A DNA stretch of 64,000 bases from positions 334,181 through 398,180 of the forward strand of contig JACKDW010000006.1 in the NCBI GenBank assembly GCA_020633295.1, given 5' to 3'. Under the pieces are notes generated by a model. That model was not told the origin of the DNA. It searched no databases and saw only the letters and a list, made by a program, of their open reading frames with translations. Below, one piece after another: positions 62,534 through 64,000 of the stretch. A program made the position numbers and the translations under genes. This DNA comes from Myxococcales bacterium (GTDB lineage: Bacteria; Myxococcota_A; Polyangia; Nannocystales; Nannocystaceae). Every line of letters begins with the position of its first letter. Position 1 is the first letter of the stretch.

Positions 62534-62639
62534 GCTGCGCGCCAAGGCCGACAAGGGCGACGGCGTGGTCGTCGCGACCATGCTGTTCGACGACTCCTGG
62601 TCGCTCGTCGGCTGGTACAACGGCGTCGCGCCGCGCTGA
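62361..62639 (+). CDS. Second copy of the same ~90-aa domain in the +1 frame (separate ORF or the frameshifted C-terminal half of the preceding gene)
   Basis: MEPISWLVRFNKLHSASAIEQAINGTPGQFSKVDTNTDG...MLFDDSWSLVGWYNG is about 50% identical to copy 1 and begins exactly at the domain boundary, with no signal peptide. Confidence 0.4.
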   Translation: MEPISWLVRFNKLHSASAIEQAINGTPGQFSKVDTNTDGTPDYIAVAEKSRDDGRAFELRAKADKGDGVVVATMLFDDSWSLVGWYNGVAPR

Positions 62640-62661
62640 GGACGACCGAGGCCCGACGCGC

Positions 62662-63984
62662 TCACGCGCGCGGTCGACCGCTCGCCGCCCGACGCTCGCG
62701 CGCGCGGCGGTCCTGGGCCCGCGCGCGCCGGACGACCTCCGGGGGCTTGCCGAGGAAGAACGCGGCCGAGGGCACCCGGACCTCGGCGGCGACGCGACGC
62801 TGTCGCCAGCGGACGACGACCGGGGTCATCGCGGCGCCGAACATGAAGCCGCCGATGTGCGCGTACCAGGCGAAGTCGACCTCGCTCGAGAACGCGGCCA
62901 TCACGACCTGGCAGCCGATCCAGATGAGGACGTAGACCCAGACGGGGATCTTGACCTGGACGAAGATGAACGGGACGGTCTGCAGCAGGCGCGCGCGCGG
63001 GAACAGCCACAGGTAGGCCGCGAGCACGCCGGCGATCGCCCCGGACGCGCCGATCACCGGCGGGGACCCGGGGCTCGCGAGCAGGATCTGCAAGAGCGCG
63101 CCCGTCATGGCCGCGCCGAGCAGCAGCAGCGAGTAGCGCAGGCGCCCGAACAGGTGCTCGACGTTGTCGCCGAAGACGTAGAGGAAGTAGAGGTTGACGA
63201 GCAGGTGGGCCGCGTCGGCGTGGAACCACACGTGCGTCAGCGCCGTGTAGAGCAGCCGCGGATCGCTGCGGACCTCGGCGCCGACCAGCGCCCAGTCGCG
63301 CGCGTAGAAGATCCCGAACACCGAGAGCTGGTAGAGCACGAGCAGCGCGCCGCCGAAGATGTAGACGACCCACGGGGTCCCGCGCGCCGGGTTCTCGACC
63401 TCGACGGGGAGCTGCGTGAGCAGCTGCGCCGCCCAGATGAAGCCGCGCTTGGCGAGCTTCAGGCTGCGCTCCTCCTGGCCCTCGCGCGTCGACGAGCCGG
63501 CGAGCTCGCGGCGCTCGTCGCCGTCGAGCCAGAGCCCGCGGCAGCGCGGGCAGCGATCGACCGGCGTGCGCAGCAGCCCGGGCAGCGCGTGCTCGTTCAT
63601 GAATCCATGTCCTCTGGGACACATGCGATGGGCCGAGCGCCCCATCAGCGTCTTCAGCAGCCCCGGGTCGACCTCGGCGTCGCCGAGCGTGTCGAGCTCG
63701 CCCTGGTCGAACCACACGCCGAAGCACACGGGGCACGCGTCGAGCTCGAGCGTGCCCTCGGGCAGCGCGTCGGCGTCCTTGAGCTGCCGCCAGCGCCCGC
63801 GCGCGTCGCGATGCAGGTAGATCGGCACGAGCTCGTGCAGGCTGCACGCGGGGCACTGCGCCGAGAGCGTGTCGCGGCCGTCTCGGTTGACGTCCGCGCC
63901 GCGCGTCGCCGCGTTCACGCGCGGCGGTCCTGCTCGCGCGTCTCGCTCGTCTCGCTCGTCCTGCTCGGCTCGCTCGTCGCCCAC
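62662..63984 (-). CDS. Rhomboid-family intramembrane serine protease with two N-terminal zinc-ribbon (zf-TFIIB-like) domains
   Basis: Two CPxC...CPxC ribbons (CPACS...CPVCF; CPRGH...CPRCRGLWLD). Rhomboid GASGAIAG (GxSG) and catalytic His in HIGGF. Six TM helices. Confidence 0.8.
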   Translation of the reverse strand: MGDERAEQDERDERDARAGPPRVNAATRGADVNRDGRDTLSAQCPACSLHELVPIYLHRDARGRWRQLKDADALPEGTLELDACPVCFGVWFDQGELDTLGDAEVDPGLLKTLMGRSAHRMCPRGHGFMNEHALPGLLRTPVDRCPRCRGLWLDGDERRELAGSSTREGQEERSLKLAKRGFIWAAQLLTQLPVEVENPARGTPWVVYIFGGALLVLYQLSVFGIFYARDWALVGAEVRSDPRLLYTALTHVWFHADAAHLLVNLYFLYVFGDNVEHLFGRLRYSLLLLGAAMTGALLQILLASPGSPPVIGASGAIAGVLAAYLWLFPRARLLQTVPFIFVQVKIPVWVYVLIWIGCQVVMAAFSSEVDFAWYAHIGGFMFGAAMTPVVVRWRQRRVAAEVRVPSAAFFLGKPPEVVRRARAQDRRARERRAASGRPRA

Positions 63985-64000
63985 GTCTCGCTCGAGGTTC

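Overview
High-GC (roughly 70%) bacterial chromosomal window, about 90% coding, with roughly 55 protein genes and two tRNAs. No IS elements, integrases, CRISPR arrays or rRNA were seen. Gene content (CarD/CdnL-type regulator, DUF4388-roadblock protein, many lipoproteins, a Ser/Thr kinase fused to a STAND NTPase and an FGE-sulfatase domain, futalosine-pathway menaquinone genes) suggests a myxobacterium-like deltaproteobacterium; that assignment is inference. Recognised genes include lspA (partial), pgsA, a lytic transglycosylase, nadB, cdnL, a macro-domain protein, a PduO-type adenosyltransferase, mqnB and mqnD, an ABC ATPase plus a permease-M1 peptidase fusion, a histidine kinase, the pdhABC (E1alpha/E1beta/E2) operon, bioB, an OYE flavoreductase, rph, rdgB, tRNA-Pro/tRNA-Arg, a B12-radical SAM/DUF2344 fusion, a DnaJ-class chaperone, lipA, a PGRP-type amidase, a TolB-like propeller and a rhomboid protease. 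The main candidate for a new system is a tightly coupled nine-gene lipid-biosynthesis locus (12.7-22.5 kb): HAD phosphatase, two NAD_binding_4 fatty-acyl reductases, a pyruvyl-transferase-fold protein, crotonase, dedicated ACP, acyl-AMP/ACP ligase, DAGK-like lipid kinase and a PlsC-type acyltransferase. Together these look like a split version of a multidomain ether-lipid synthase. Other points are a frameshifted tandem-domain lipoprotein at a poly-C tract, a 44-bp tandem duplication across the pgsA stop codon, several in-frame hexanucleotide microsatellites, and two unusually long non-coding gaps. All coordinates were counted by hand from the printed sequence and fine positions may be off by 1-3 nt. 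Most long reverse-strand ORFs in the track are high-GC antisense artefacts.
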